DNA of 64,000 bases from Halobacteriovoraceae bacterium (GTDB lineage: Bacteria > Bdellovibrionota > Bacteriovoracia > Bacteriovoracales > Bacteriovoracaceae), in the NCBI GenBank assembly GCA_963719505.1, contig CAVRCF010000003.1, forward strand, positions 96,001 to 160,000. The letters run 5' to 3'. Positions 27,737 through 36,285 of this stretch are shown here, piece after piece. Both the position numbers and the translations under genes were made by a program. Numbering within the stretch: the first letter of the stretch is position 1; the number at the start of each line of letters is the position of its first letter. The notes under the pieces were generated by a model that did no database searches, was not told the DNA's origin, and saw nothing but the letters and a program-made list of their open reading frames with translations.

Positions 27737-28410
27737 TATGCGCTCTTTTGAAAGTAAGTGAATGCAGCGAGCTCAGTACCATCTTTAATTTTATGACGCA
27801 TAAGAAAATTCCAAGGTCCAATCATGCAGTTGTCTCCAACTTTTGTTCCTGGACCAAGTTTTGAGTTAATCCCCACAAAAGAGTTTTTCCCCATTGTCAC
27901 TTTCTTAAGATAGATGTGATTGTCTTGAATAAGGTGACAGCCAATTTGAACCTCATCACCGAGCATGGAGCCTGAACCGATTTCAATGAGCTGAAGATCA
28001 ACCAGATTTACGTACATGCTAGAATTGATACCAAAGGCAATTTTGGCACCCATGGCACGCCAGTATAGGTATTTTAAAATATAAGAAGAGTAGAATAGAT
28101 CTTGAAGTTGGAAGACTCTAATCGCTCGACCTAAGGAGAGATTCAGTCCCCACGCGATAAAACCTTTGTTCATCGTCATAGGAAAGCGTCCCTCTTTGAC
28201 ACGGGGAAGGCATAGCCTTATGCAAAAAATAAAAAATATAAAAATAAAGGGAATAAGAAGAAGAGGGGTAAAGGCTAAAATTTTAAATTGGATTCTATTT
28301 AATAGCCATGAGATAATAGAGTACTCTATGATAAAAGTTAGTATACCGGGCGTCAGTGTTAGGGTTGACGAAATAGTATCGCTTAAAAGAGTGCCAAATG
28401 GATTTTTCAT
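27736..28410 (-). CDS. Membrane protein with left-handed beta-helix acyltransferase-like domain
   Basis: Two TM helices, YWRAMGAKI, hexapeptide repeats (IEIGSGSMLG, VTMGKNSFVG, TKVGDNCMIG). Start at ATG 28410. Confidence 0.8.
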   Translation of the reverse strand: MKNPFGTLLSDTISSTLTLTPGILTFIIEYSIISWLLNRIQFKILAFTPLLLIPFIFIFFIFCIRLCLPRVKEGRFPMTMNKGFIAWGLNLSLGRAIRVFQLQDLFYSSYILKYLYWRAMGAKIAFGINSSMYVNLVDLQLIEIGSGSMLGDEVQIGCHLIQDNHIYLKKVTMGKNSFVGINSKLGPGTKVGDNCMIGPWNFLMRHKIKDGTELAAFTYFQKSA

Positions 28411-28441
28411 ATCAATCTTTTCGGCTTTAAAGGGTAAAATA

Positions 28442-29902
28442 ATGAGTATAATTAGATCTGTAATGTCGGTTGTCACTTATATGAAATATCGTCAATTCAT
28501 AAAAGCGTGCAAAAACCCCAAAGCGGCTCAAGCAAAGGCTTGGAAGAAAACCTTCTCAAAACTGGCCAATACCTCTTCGGTCAAGCACAACTTAAAAGAC
28601 AATAGAATTACGGAAATATCCGACTACGAAGCTCTGTTTAATGCTAAAAGCAAAAGCCGTTTTAATCCCCTAACAGGTGAGGAGATTCTTTTTTGGGCAC
28701 AAAGTGCTGGAACAACCGGAACCCAAAAAATCTTTCCTCTAAGTAAGTCTTACCAAGAGCAGTTTCAGACTTCTCTGCCTCCTTTTATCTATGGCTTTAT
28801 AAAGAAGTATAAAAACTTTTTGGTAAACCCTTCATTATATTTAGCTGCTATAGATCCTGATGAAAAAGCAGCCTCTGGAATACCAATTGGATTTATTTCA
28901 AATTATAATTATCATCACATGCCTAGATTTATAAAAAACATCTATGTGCTTCCTGATAAAACATTAAAAAATTCGAAGGTCTTCTCAAAGCAAGGTCCTC
29001 TCTATGCACTCGCGGGTGAGCTCAATAGTATTTTCGCCGTGACTCCATTGAGTATTCAAAAATATATGGAAAATATCATTATCAATTGGACTTTTTTTAT
29101 TGAAGAGCTAGAAAAAGAGAATGTAAGTATTTCAGAATCTAGACTTCGCCATCTCCGAGCTCTCGATCCAGATGCTCTGACACTCAAAGAGATTTGGCCA
29201 ACTTTAGAGTTTATTTGCTGTTGGAAGTCTTCTATATGTAAAAATCAGTTAAGAAATATGAAAGACCTCTTAGGTGGAGTTGCTGTTCATGATGCGATCT
29301 ATTCAGCTACTGAGGGATGGATTAATGTACCAACCCCAGAACTTCCTTTTGGTGGACCGGTTCATCCAAGGACCCATGTCGTCGAGTTTCTAGACGTTGA
29401 AAAAGAAGTTTTAGAAGAGAACCTGATCGACTTGTGGGAATTAGAGAAAGGAAAAGAATATGAAATCTTCATCACCAATAATATGGGCCTCGTTAGATAT
29501 CGAATTCAAGATATCGTAAAATGCACCGGCTTTTTTCATCGTTCACCTATTATCCACTTTGAAAGAAAGGCTTCTTCTCAAATAAGCTTGGGGCTTGTGA
29601 CGATCTCTGAAAATGAATTAGTCCAAGCATGCTTTAAGTTAAATATAAAGTTAGATGAGAATCACTACTTTACTCCCAATGAAGAGTCTGACGGGCTTGT
29701 TTACTGTTTTTCCGGAGAGAAGCTTACTCGTGAGGAGTTAATCAACTTGAATGAGTCTCTTAAAGAGATGAATGTAAATTTTAAGAAGTATAGCGAAAAT
29801 GGAACCATTAAAGGTGTGACTCAGCATAGAAGTAAAAAGAGTGAAAATCGATTTCATGCTCAAACAAAGCCTTGCTATCTTTATCAAGAATACTTAGGCT
29901 AA
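28442..29902 (+). CDS. GH3-family acyl acid-amido synthetase
   Basis: GH3 motifs QSAGTTG, YSATEG, GLVRYRIQD. The ORF-track N-terminal extension is antisense to the neighbouring gene, so the start is set near 28442. Confidence 0.88.
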   Translation: MSIIRSVMSVVTYMKYRQFIKACKNPKAAQAKAWKKTFSKLANTSSVKHNLKDNRITEISDYEALFNAKSKSRFNPLTGEEILFWAQSAGTTGTQKIFPLSKSYQEQFQTSLPPFIYGFIKKYKNFLVNPSLYLAAIDPDEKAASGIPIGFISNYNYHHMPRFIKNIYVLPDKTLKNSKVFSKQGPLYALAGELNSIFAVTPLSIQKYMENIIINWTFFIEELEKENVSISESRLRHLRALDPDALTLKEIWPTLEFICCWKSSICKNQLRNMKDLLGGVAVHDAIYSATEGWINVPTPELPFGGPVHPRTHVVEFLDVEKEVLEENLIDLWELEKGKEYEIFITNNMGLVRYRIQDIVKCTGFFHRSPIIHFERKASSQISLGLVTISENELVQACFKLNIKLDENHYFTPNEESDGLVYCFSGEKLTREELINLNESLKEMNVNFKKYSENGTIKGVTQHRSKKSENRFHAQTKPCYLYQEYLG

Positions 29903-29906
29903 AAAA

Positions 29907-30983
29907 TTGATCACCTTTGTTTATTTTCTCAATGTTTTCTTTAACTTTTTTTATGGGATGTTCATTCCTATCATTCCGTTAATGAATGAGTCTCAGGCGG
30001 GTCTTGCCTTCAGCTCCTATGGTCTTTCAAAAATTTTTACCTACTACCTGTTTGGTAAGCTTATTGATTCAGGACGAATAAGACTCTCTCTTGTTATTAC
30101 CTTATTCTTAGTTCTTTTAGTTCCACTCTTCTATTTATTGCTACCGACCTTACCAATAGTTGGAAAGTTCATCGAGGGAATAGCTTTCGCCGGTGGAACT
30201 GTCTTTTGCTTTACTTTTATAACGATCATCTGTGTATCCAAGGAAAAATTCGAAAAAGAACTTAAGAAAATTATGATTCTTTCAAGTCTTGGCTCACTTC
30301 TTGGGCCAATGGCAGGCTATGCTCTTATAGGGGCAGATATCAAAAGTGCTTCGATTCTTTTTCTTGGACTAGCACTCTTAATAAATGGCTTTGGATTTAT
30401 TTTTTCAAAGCAGTTAAAAAAACTTAAAGAGAATCAAATTAATATAGAGTTCTCAGACTCTAGGTCAGATAAACTAAACTACAATCTAGTTGCCTTAGTT
30501 CTCATCTTTAAAGGAATTTTGATGGGGATTCAACCATGTATTGCTTTTTGGTGTAAAGATGTGTTTGGGATGAGTTTATTCGCTTCAGGTGGGGCTTATC
30601 TCGTCTCTGGACTTGGTTTTATCATTGGTACTTTGAAACCTCGTTTTATGGGGATCATTTTTCCAGTCATCAGCTTTGGATTATTAGAAATATCTTTTCT
30701 TTATAGGAGTGAACTCTTTTGGATTGCCAACTTTGCAATCTCTTTTTGGCTAGGATCAAGCTTGGTCAGGTGCCTGCTTGATCTGGGATGGGTGACAACG
30801 GACAAAGCAGGAAAGCTTAATTCTTCTTGGATGGCCATCTCAGATTTGCCTTTAATGATTACTCCTGCTCTATTTTGGGAGGTAAAGCTTGTCAGTAGTC
30901 TCTCTGTTAGAGTCGGCTTAATAGGGATGTTTTTAGCCGCAGCTTTATACTTTCAAACAAGACAAAAAAGGAGATGGACTTGA
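29907..30983 (+). CDS. MFS transporter, divergent
   Basis: Hydrophobic multi-TM protein; FGKLIDSGR (motif A-like), GKFIEG, GSLLGPMAG. Confidence 0.8.
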   Translation: MITFVYFLNVFFNFFYGMFIPIIPLMNESQAGLAFSSYGLSKIFTYYLFGKLIDSGRIRLSLVITLFLVLLVPLFYLLLPTLPIVGKFIEGIAFAGGTVFCFTFITIICVSKEKFEKELKKIMILSSLGSLLGPMAGYALIGADIKSASILFLGLALLINGFGFIFSKQLKKLKENQINIEFSDSRSDKLNYNLVALVLIFKGILMGIQPCIAFWCKDVFGMSLFASGGAYLVSGLGFIIGTLKPRFMGIIFPVISFGLLEISFLYRSELFWIANFAISFWLGSSLVRCLLDLGWVTTDKAGKLNSSWMAISDLPLMITPALFWEVKLVSSLSVRVGLIGMFLAAALYFQTRQKRRWT

Positions 30984-31372
30984 TAAAAAAAACCTTAATG
31001 ATTTTACCTCTCGTTTGCTTCTTGTTTTTATTAGGTCGAAATATTTGGATCATTAATGATTCGGTTGAAGAGATAGGAATTCAAATTTCTTGTTCAGTAA
31101 AAACGAGTCAAAGTGGTAAAGTCCTCGCTAGAAATATCCCCGTGGTTCAGAGGAAAAATGGTAAAAAAGTTTATGGATCAATAGGCGAGCCAAAGGTCTT
31201 TGACTATTGTAAAGGGTCTATCGGGAAGAAGGTTAAAGTGCTCGTTGAAAAAGGTGGATCTGAAGATGCGAGGATTTATACCTTTTGGCAGTTTTGGTTC
31301 TTACCTATGCTTTTTGCCTTTTTTTCTCTTATCTGGATTATAGGTATTAAGAATAAAATGACTAAAGATTAG
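30974..31372 (+). CDS. Two-TM membrane protein (DUF3592-like)
   Basis: TM - small beta domain - TM; AGGAG RBS. Confidence 0.6.
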   Translation: MDLIKKTLMILPLVCFLFLLGRNIWIINDSVEEIGIQISCSVKTSQSGKVLARNIPVVQRKNGKKVYGSIGEPKVFDYCKGSIGKKVKVLVEKGGSEDARIYTFWQFWFLPMLFAFFSLIWIIGIKNKMTKD

Positions 31373-31472
31373 TTCGGTTTTAGCGAATTCTATCTTGTGA
31401 AAGTTCACCGTGGCTAACTGTGAGTAAATACTTGAGAAAAACTAAAAAATGCCTAATGATCTGGCCAGTTAT

Positions 31473-31501
31473 TTGACTTAAATGGCTATTTTTAGTATAA
31501 T
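31473..31501 (+). promoter_or_regulatory. Sigma-70 promoter of proBAC (probably leaderless)
   Basis: TTGACT-N17-TATAAT, with ATG 7 nt downstream. Confidence 0.75.
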
Positions 31502-31508
31502 ACGCGCA

Positions 31509-32651
31509 ATGAAATCAATCGGAAATTTATCACTTAGAAAAGAACTTATTGGCTGTAAACGACTGGTAGTCAAGGTTGGAAGCAACGTTGTTACAAAATC
31601 TGATGGTCGCTGTGATATTCGGAAAATGCGAATTATTGTGGAGGATATCTGCGAACTTGTAGACTCTGGCTTTGAGGTTATTCTTGTCAGCTCGGGTGCC
31701 GTTAGTGTCGGAAAAGCATTCTTAAAGACCATGCTTCCAAAAGAGGGAAGGGTAGATCTGCAGCAGTCTGCTAGTTCAATTGGTCAGCCAAAACTTATAA
31801 ATAAGTACTCGCAGTTATTTGAAGATCACGATCATATTTGTTCTCAAATTCTTTTAACTCACGATGACTTTAGAAATAGAAAGAGGTTTCTTCACGCTAA
31901 ACAGACCATAGAAGTTCTTTTACAAAACAAAATAACTCCTATCTTAAATGAAAACGATTCTATTTCATATTCAGAAAATACAGTCGGCGATAATGATCAT
32001 CTTGCGGCTTCTGCAGCTCAAATGGTTCATGCCGATGCCCTCATTATTATTACAAGTGCTAAAGGTCTTTACGATAAAGATCCTTTAGAGCAAGGGGCTA
32101 AGCTTATTAAAGTCGTTGATTATGGAGACGAGCTTGAACATATCGACATGTCGTCAAAGACGAACGCTGGTCGAGGTGGAATGGAGTCGAAAATTCACGC
32201 CGTAATGAAAGTTACACCTCTTGGAATCAAAGCAATTATAAGTTCTAAAGACAATGCAAGGATTGTGCTGGATCCTTTAACCATAGAGACCGGAACAATC
32301 TTTGGACCAGAGTCAAACTTCCAGCCAGATCAGAAAAAAGCATGGTTAATTTCCACTAAAAAATTAAATTGTTATATGGAAGTTGATAGAGGGGCTTATG
32401 AAGCTCTCTTAGAAGGAAACTCGCTTTTCCCACGTGGAGTTTCTTTCTGTTCCGGACATTTCTTTAAGGGAGATAGTATTGACATTTGCTACCAAGGGCG
32501 ACCGTTTGCCGTGGGAATTACAGAATACGATAAAAAAGACGTCGAAAGAATAAAGGACGCGCACAGTGATGAGATCGAAGATATTCTTGGTTATAAAATC
32601 TCAAGTGCTGTTGTTTTAACACAAAATTTACTTTTAACAGAGGATACCTAA
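31509..32651 (+). CDS. proB: Glutamate 5-kinase
   Basis: VVKVGS, VSSGAV, NENDS, GDND, GRGGMESK, C-terminal PUA domain. Confidence 0.95.
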   Translation: MKSIGNLSLRKELIGCKRLVVKVGSNVVTKSDGRCDIRKMRIIVEDICELVDSGFEVILVSSGAVSVGKAFLKTMLPKEGRVDLQQSASSIGQPKLINKYSQLFEDHDHICSQILLTHDDFRNRKRFLHAKQTIEVLLQNKITPILNENDSISYSENTVGDNDHLAASAAQMVHADALIIITSAKGLYDKDPLEQGAKLIKVVDYGDELEHIDMSSKTNAGRGGMESKIHAVMKVTPLGIKAIISSKDNARIVLDPLTIETGTIFGPESNFQPDQKKAWLISTKKLNCYMEVDRGAYEALLEGNSLFPRGVSFCSGHFFKGDSIDICYQGRPFAVGITEYDKKDVERIKDAHSDEIEDILGYKISSAVVLTQNLLLTEDT

Positions 32652-33890
32652 ATGAATAGTTTTGCAAAAAAATCTAAAGAAGCCTCAAAAACTCTCAGGG
32701 CCATGACTAATGATGTAAGAAAAGAGATTCTTAACTCTCTTGCCAATAATCTAGAATCTCGCAGTGCCGAGGTTATCGAGGCTAACAAAAAAGATTTGGC
32801 CTATGCCGAAGAAATTAATTTAAATCAAGCTTTAAAAGACAGACTTCTTTTAGATGAAGGAAGAATTAAAGATATGGCAAATGGAGTAAGATCTATCGCC
32901 AATCAAAAAGAAGTTGTCGGACAGTTTTATCAAGAATTTACCAATGATGAAGGATTGAAGATAAAAAGACAAAGAGTCCCTTTAGGGGTGATTCTCATGA
33001 TATTTGAATCTCGACCAAATGTTGTTATTGATTGTGCTGCTCTTGCTTTGAAATCTTCAAATGCAATTATTTTGAAAGGTGGAAAGGAAGCTAAACATTC
33101 AAACGAAATTCTTGGAACGATTATTCAAGATACGTTGGAAGGGAAGATACCTAAAGAAAGCGTCCAAGTTTTAGCTTCTGATAGCAGGGAAGAAGTTAAC
33201 GCTTTGTTAGAGTTGGATGAGTATATTGATGTTGTTATTCCTCGAGGAGGAGAAAGACTTATTGAGCACGTTTATAAGCATGCAAAAATGCCTGTGATTG
33301 CTCACTTTAAGGGGCTATGTCATATGTATATCGATAAGAAAGCCGACATCGAAAAAGCATACAATCTTGTTTTAAATGCAAAAACTCAAAGAACTGGAGT
33401 TTGTAATGCGATTGAGACTCTTCTTGTTCATGAGGATGTCGTTGCAAAGTTTGCTCCCTCTCTAGTTGCAAAACTAAAAGATAAAAATACGGAGTTAAGA
33501 GTCGACGAGAAATTTGCTACAGCATCTAAAGCTGATCTTAAAAAAGCAACAGACGAAGACTGGAACACCGAATATTTAGAAAATATTTTGTCTATTAAAA
33601 CAGTCAGTTCAATTGACGAGGCCATTAATCACATCGATAAGTATGGAAGTTTTCATACAGAGTGTATTGTTTCAGAAGATGAGCAAGCCCAAAATGAATT
33701 CTTAAATCGAGTCGATGCAAGTTGTATCGCAGTAAACGTATCAACGCGTTTTAATGATGGTGGCCAACTTGGTCTTGGAGCAGAGCTTGGGATATCAACG
33801 ACAAAGTTTCACGCTTATGGACCAATGGGGGCAGAGCAAATGACAACATCACGCTACGTAATCGTTGGTGATGGAAATATTAGAAGTTAA
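32652..33890 (+). CDS. proA: Gamma-glutamyl phosphate reductase
   Basis: FESRPNV, GVCNAIETLL, NVSTRFNDG, GAELGIST. Confidence 0.96.
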   Translation: MNSFAKKSKEASKTLRAMTNDVRKEILNSLANNLESRSAEVIEANKKDLAYAEEINLNQALKDRLLLDEGRIKDMANGVRSIANQKEVVGQFYQEFTNDEGLKIKRQRVPLGVILMIFESRPNVVIDCAALALKSSNAIILKGGKEAKHSNEILGTIIQDTLEGKIPKESVQVLASDSREEVNALLELDEYIDVVIPRGGERLIEHVYKHAKMPVIAHFKGLCHMYIDKKADIEKAYNLVLNAKTQRTGVCNAIETLLVHEDVVAKFAPSLVAKLKDKNTELRVDEKFATASKADLKKATDEDWNTEYLENILSIKTVSSIDEAINHIDKYGSFHTECIVSEDEQAQNEFLNRVDASCIAVNVSTRFNDGGQLGLGAELGISTTKFHAYGPMGAEQMTTSRYVIVGDGNIRS

Positions 33891-33904
33891 TAAAAGGAAT
33901 AAAT

Positions 33905-34714
33905 ATGATTGGAGTAATAGGATGTGGAAATATGGCCCAGGCCATCGTCGAGGGAAGTCATAAAAAAGACAGCACACTGCAGTTTTTGACTTATGATCCA
34001 AACCAACAAAAAGCTGAAGATTTGGCAAAGTCTGTTGGTGGACGAGCGGTAAAAAGTCTCAAAGATCTTAGTGTGGTCGATTCTTTTATGATTGCATGTA
34101 AGCCCCAACAGCTTAGTGAATTAAGTAAGAATTTTAAAGACGATCAAGTTGATCTTGGCGCAAAACATATTATTTCAATTCTTGCTGCTACACCAATTGA
34201 AACCTTAAAAACACAGCTTGGAGCCAAAAGAATTTCGAGAGTGATGCCAAATACACCAGCTCTTGTCGGACAGGGAATGACTCTTTTGATTCACTCTGAT
34301 GAAGTTGACACCTCTGAAAAAGATCTTGTCGCAAAGGTTTTCAATGCTTGTGGTGAAGTTTCACTTATGAGTGACGAAACATTGTTTGACCAAGTAACCA
34401 CTGTCTCCGGTTCTGGACCAGCTTATGTTTTTCTCTTCGCTAAAACTATGGCCGATAAGTTACAGTCTTGGGGCGTTGAAGAAAAAGAAGCAAAGAAAAT
34501 CGCCATTGAACTTTTTAAAGGCAGTTCGGCTTTAATGGGTGATCAAAGCGATATTACTTTAGATGAGCTGATTTCAAAAGTGACATCTAAAGGTGGTGTG
34601 ACAATTGAGGCTGTGAAGAGCTATCAGAATTCAAAACTGCCGCAAATAACATCAGATGCTTTAGATGCGGCATATTCGAGATCTGTTGAAATGACTTCCG
34701 AGTTTAAGAGTTAA
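33905..34714 (+). CDS. proC: Pyrroline-5-carboxylate reductase
   Basis: GCGNMA, RVMPNTP, SGSGPAY, VTSKGGVT. Confidence 0.95.
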   Translation: MIGVIGCGNMAQAIVEGSHKKDSTLQFLTYDPNQQKAEDLAKSVGGRAVKSLKDLSVVDSFMIACKPQQLSELSKNFKDDQVDLGAKHIISILAATPIETLKTQLGAKRISRVMPNTPALVGQGMTLLIHSDEVDTSEKDLVAKVFNACGEVSLMSDETLFDQVTTVSGSGPAYVFLFAKTMADKLQSWGVEEKEAKKIAIELFKGSSALMGDQSDITLDELISKVTSKGGVTIEAVKSYQNSKLPQITSDALDAAYSRSVEMTSEFKS

Positions 34715-35225
34715 CAAACTCTTTAAAACTCTTAGCGTGTTTCTTTAAAAACTCTCTGGTCTCTTGATCTGTTAGCTTTCCGTCTTTGAGTTTGTCCATC
34801 GCTTTACCGATCATAACTTCAGGTCTATTTAAAAATTGAATGTTTAAAAAGACTCCAATTTGACGAAGGTGGTACTGCATCCTTGCAGAGCCAATGGCAC
34901 CTGGACTTGCTCCGATAATAGCGGCTTTTTTTCCAGAAAATGGTTGAGGATCTTGCCGAGAAAGGCAGTCTAGAGTGTTTTTCAAAACTCCAGAAACTGA
35001 ATAGTTATACTCTGGACTAAAAAAGATAACGGCATCTGCATCCTTGATTTTTTCTGCTAGCTTTAAAACGGTCGGTTCATCGTCTTTTCCCTTATACATA
35101 GGAATATCTTCTATTTCACCTTCAACCAACTCAAACTCGTCACTTGATAATTCTTTGTAAGCGTTAAAAATCATTCTGTGAATTGAGTTTTCTCTTATAC
35201 TTCCTACAATACCAATAACTTTCAT
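34704..35225 (-). CDS. NAD(P)H-dependent FMN reductase (ChrR-like)
   Basis: GSIRENS, SPEYNYS, LKNTLD, GSARMQ. Confidence 0.92.
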   Translation of the reverse strand: MKVIGIVGSIRENSIHRMIFNAYKELSSDEFELVEGEIEDIPMYKGKDDEPTVLKLAEKIKDADAVIFFSPEYNYSVSGVLKNTLDCLSRQDPQPFSGKKAAIIGASPGAIGSARMQYHLRQIGVFLNIQFLNRPEVMIGKAMDKLKDGKLTDQETREFLKKHAKSFKEFVNS

Positions 35226-35247
35226 TTTATCTCCTTATATTAATGGA

Positions 35248-36117
35248 TTAATTCTCAGGAAGAGGTGTAAATTCCTCTTCATCTATTGTTTTCGGGAAGG
35301 TTTGATTCTTCCACCTTAGTTTTGCTTCTTCAATTTTTTCTTTGCTTGTCGATACAAAGTTCCACCACATATAACGCTTTTCAGGCAATGGGGGGCCTCC
35401 AAAAAACATAAATTCACATCCAGACTCAGAGGTAAATTCAACAAGGCTACCTGGTTCAAAAATGATCATATCAAATCGATTGTAAAAGGTTCCTTCAATA
35501 TCGACTTCACCTTTTATGATATAGATAGCTCCTTCAATTGATTCTTGAAGTTGATAGCTAAAGCACTTGTTCTTTTCTATAGAACCATTGAGATAGAAAA
35601 GGTCTGAATAAACTGGAACGGGTGAGGTTTTATTCTCTATAGTCCCCGCAATGAGTCGCATCGAAGCATCTTTGATATCAACTCTTGGAACATCTTTTTC
35701 TTTGCAGTGATAAAAACTAGCTTCAATATCTTCTTTCTCTTTTGGTAGTGCAAGCCACAGCTGAATGCCTTCTAAATTTATGGGAGTGCTTTCAGAGCGT
35801 GTTCGTTCACTGTGGGTTATTCCACTTCCAGCGGTCATCCAGTTAACTTCTCCTGGACGAATGAGTTGTTTATTTCCAAGGCTATCTCGGTGCATAATTT
35901 CGCCTGAAAAAAGCCAGGTTATAGTCGCTAGTCCAATATGAGGATGAGAGCGAACCTTTAGCTCCTTGTCACCCATTAATTCGACGGGACCCATATGGTC
36001 CCAAAAGACAAAGGGTCCAACAGCTTTGTGTCCAATCGATGGGAGTGATCTTCGAACTTGAAATCCATCTCCCAGCTCTTTTGTTTTCGATGAAATTATT
36101 TTCCTAATAATGCTCAT
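35248..36117 (-). CDS. Pirin family protein
   Basis: DHMGP, HPHIG, HRDSLG, MTAGSGITHSE. Confidence 0.95.
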   Translation of the reverse strand: MSIIRKIISSKTKELGDGFQVRRSLPSIGHKAVGPFVFWDHMGPVELMGDKELKVRSHPHIGLATITWLFSGEIMHRDSLGNKQLIRPGEVNWMTAGSGITHSERTRSESTPINLEGIQLWLALPKEKEDIEASFYHCKEKDVPRVDIKDASMRLIAGTIENKTSPVPVYSDLFYLNGSIEKNKCFSYQLQESIEGAIYIIKGEVDIEGTFYNRFDMIIFEPGSLVEFTSESGCEFMFFGGPPLPEKRYMWWNFVSTSKEKIEEAKLRWKNQTFPKTIDEEEFTPLPEN

Positions 36118-36285
36118 TTCTTTTCTCCATAAATCGTATCAATGAGTCTAGGATAAATTTTGATAAAAAACTATAACTCTTAGAGTTAACTCAGGTACAT
36201 TCACAATATATTCACATAACTTCCAAGAAAATTTTTAAGGTTTAATGTAGAATAGTGTGAATTTTAAATTAATGGAGGAAGTGCA

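Noticed and set aside
28166-28441. 92-aa N-terminal extension of the GH3 ORF
   Set aside because: Lies antisense to the LbH gene and has a shadow-like K/I/R-rich composition; GH3-like sequence begins near 28442.
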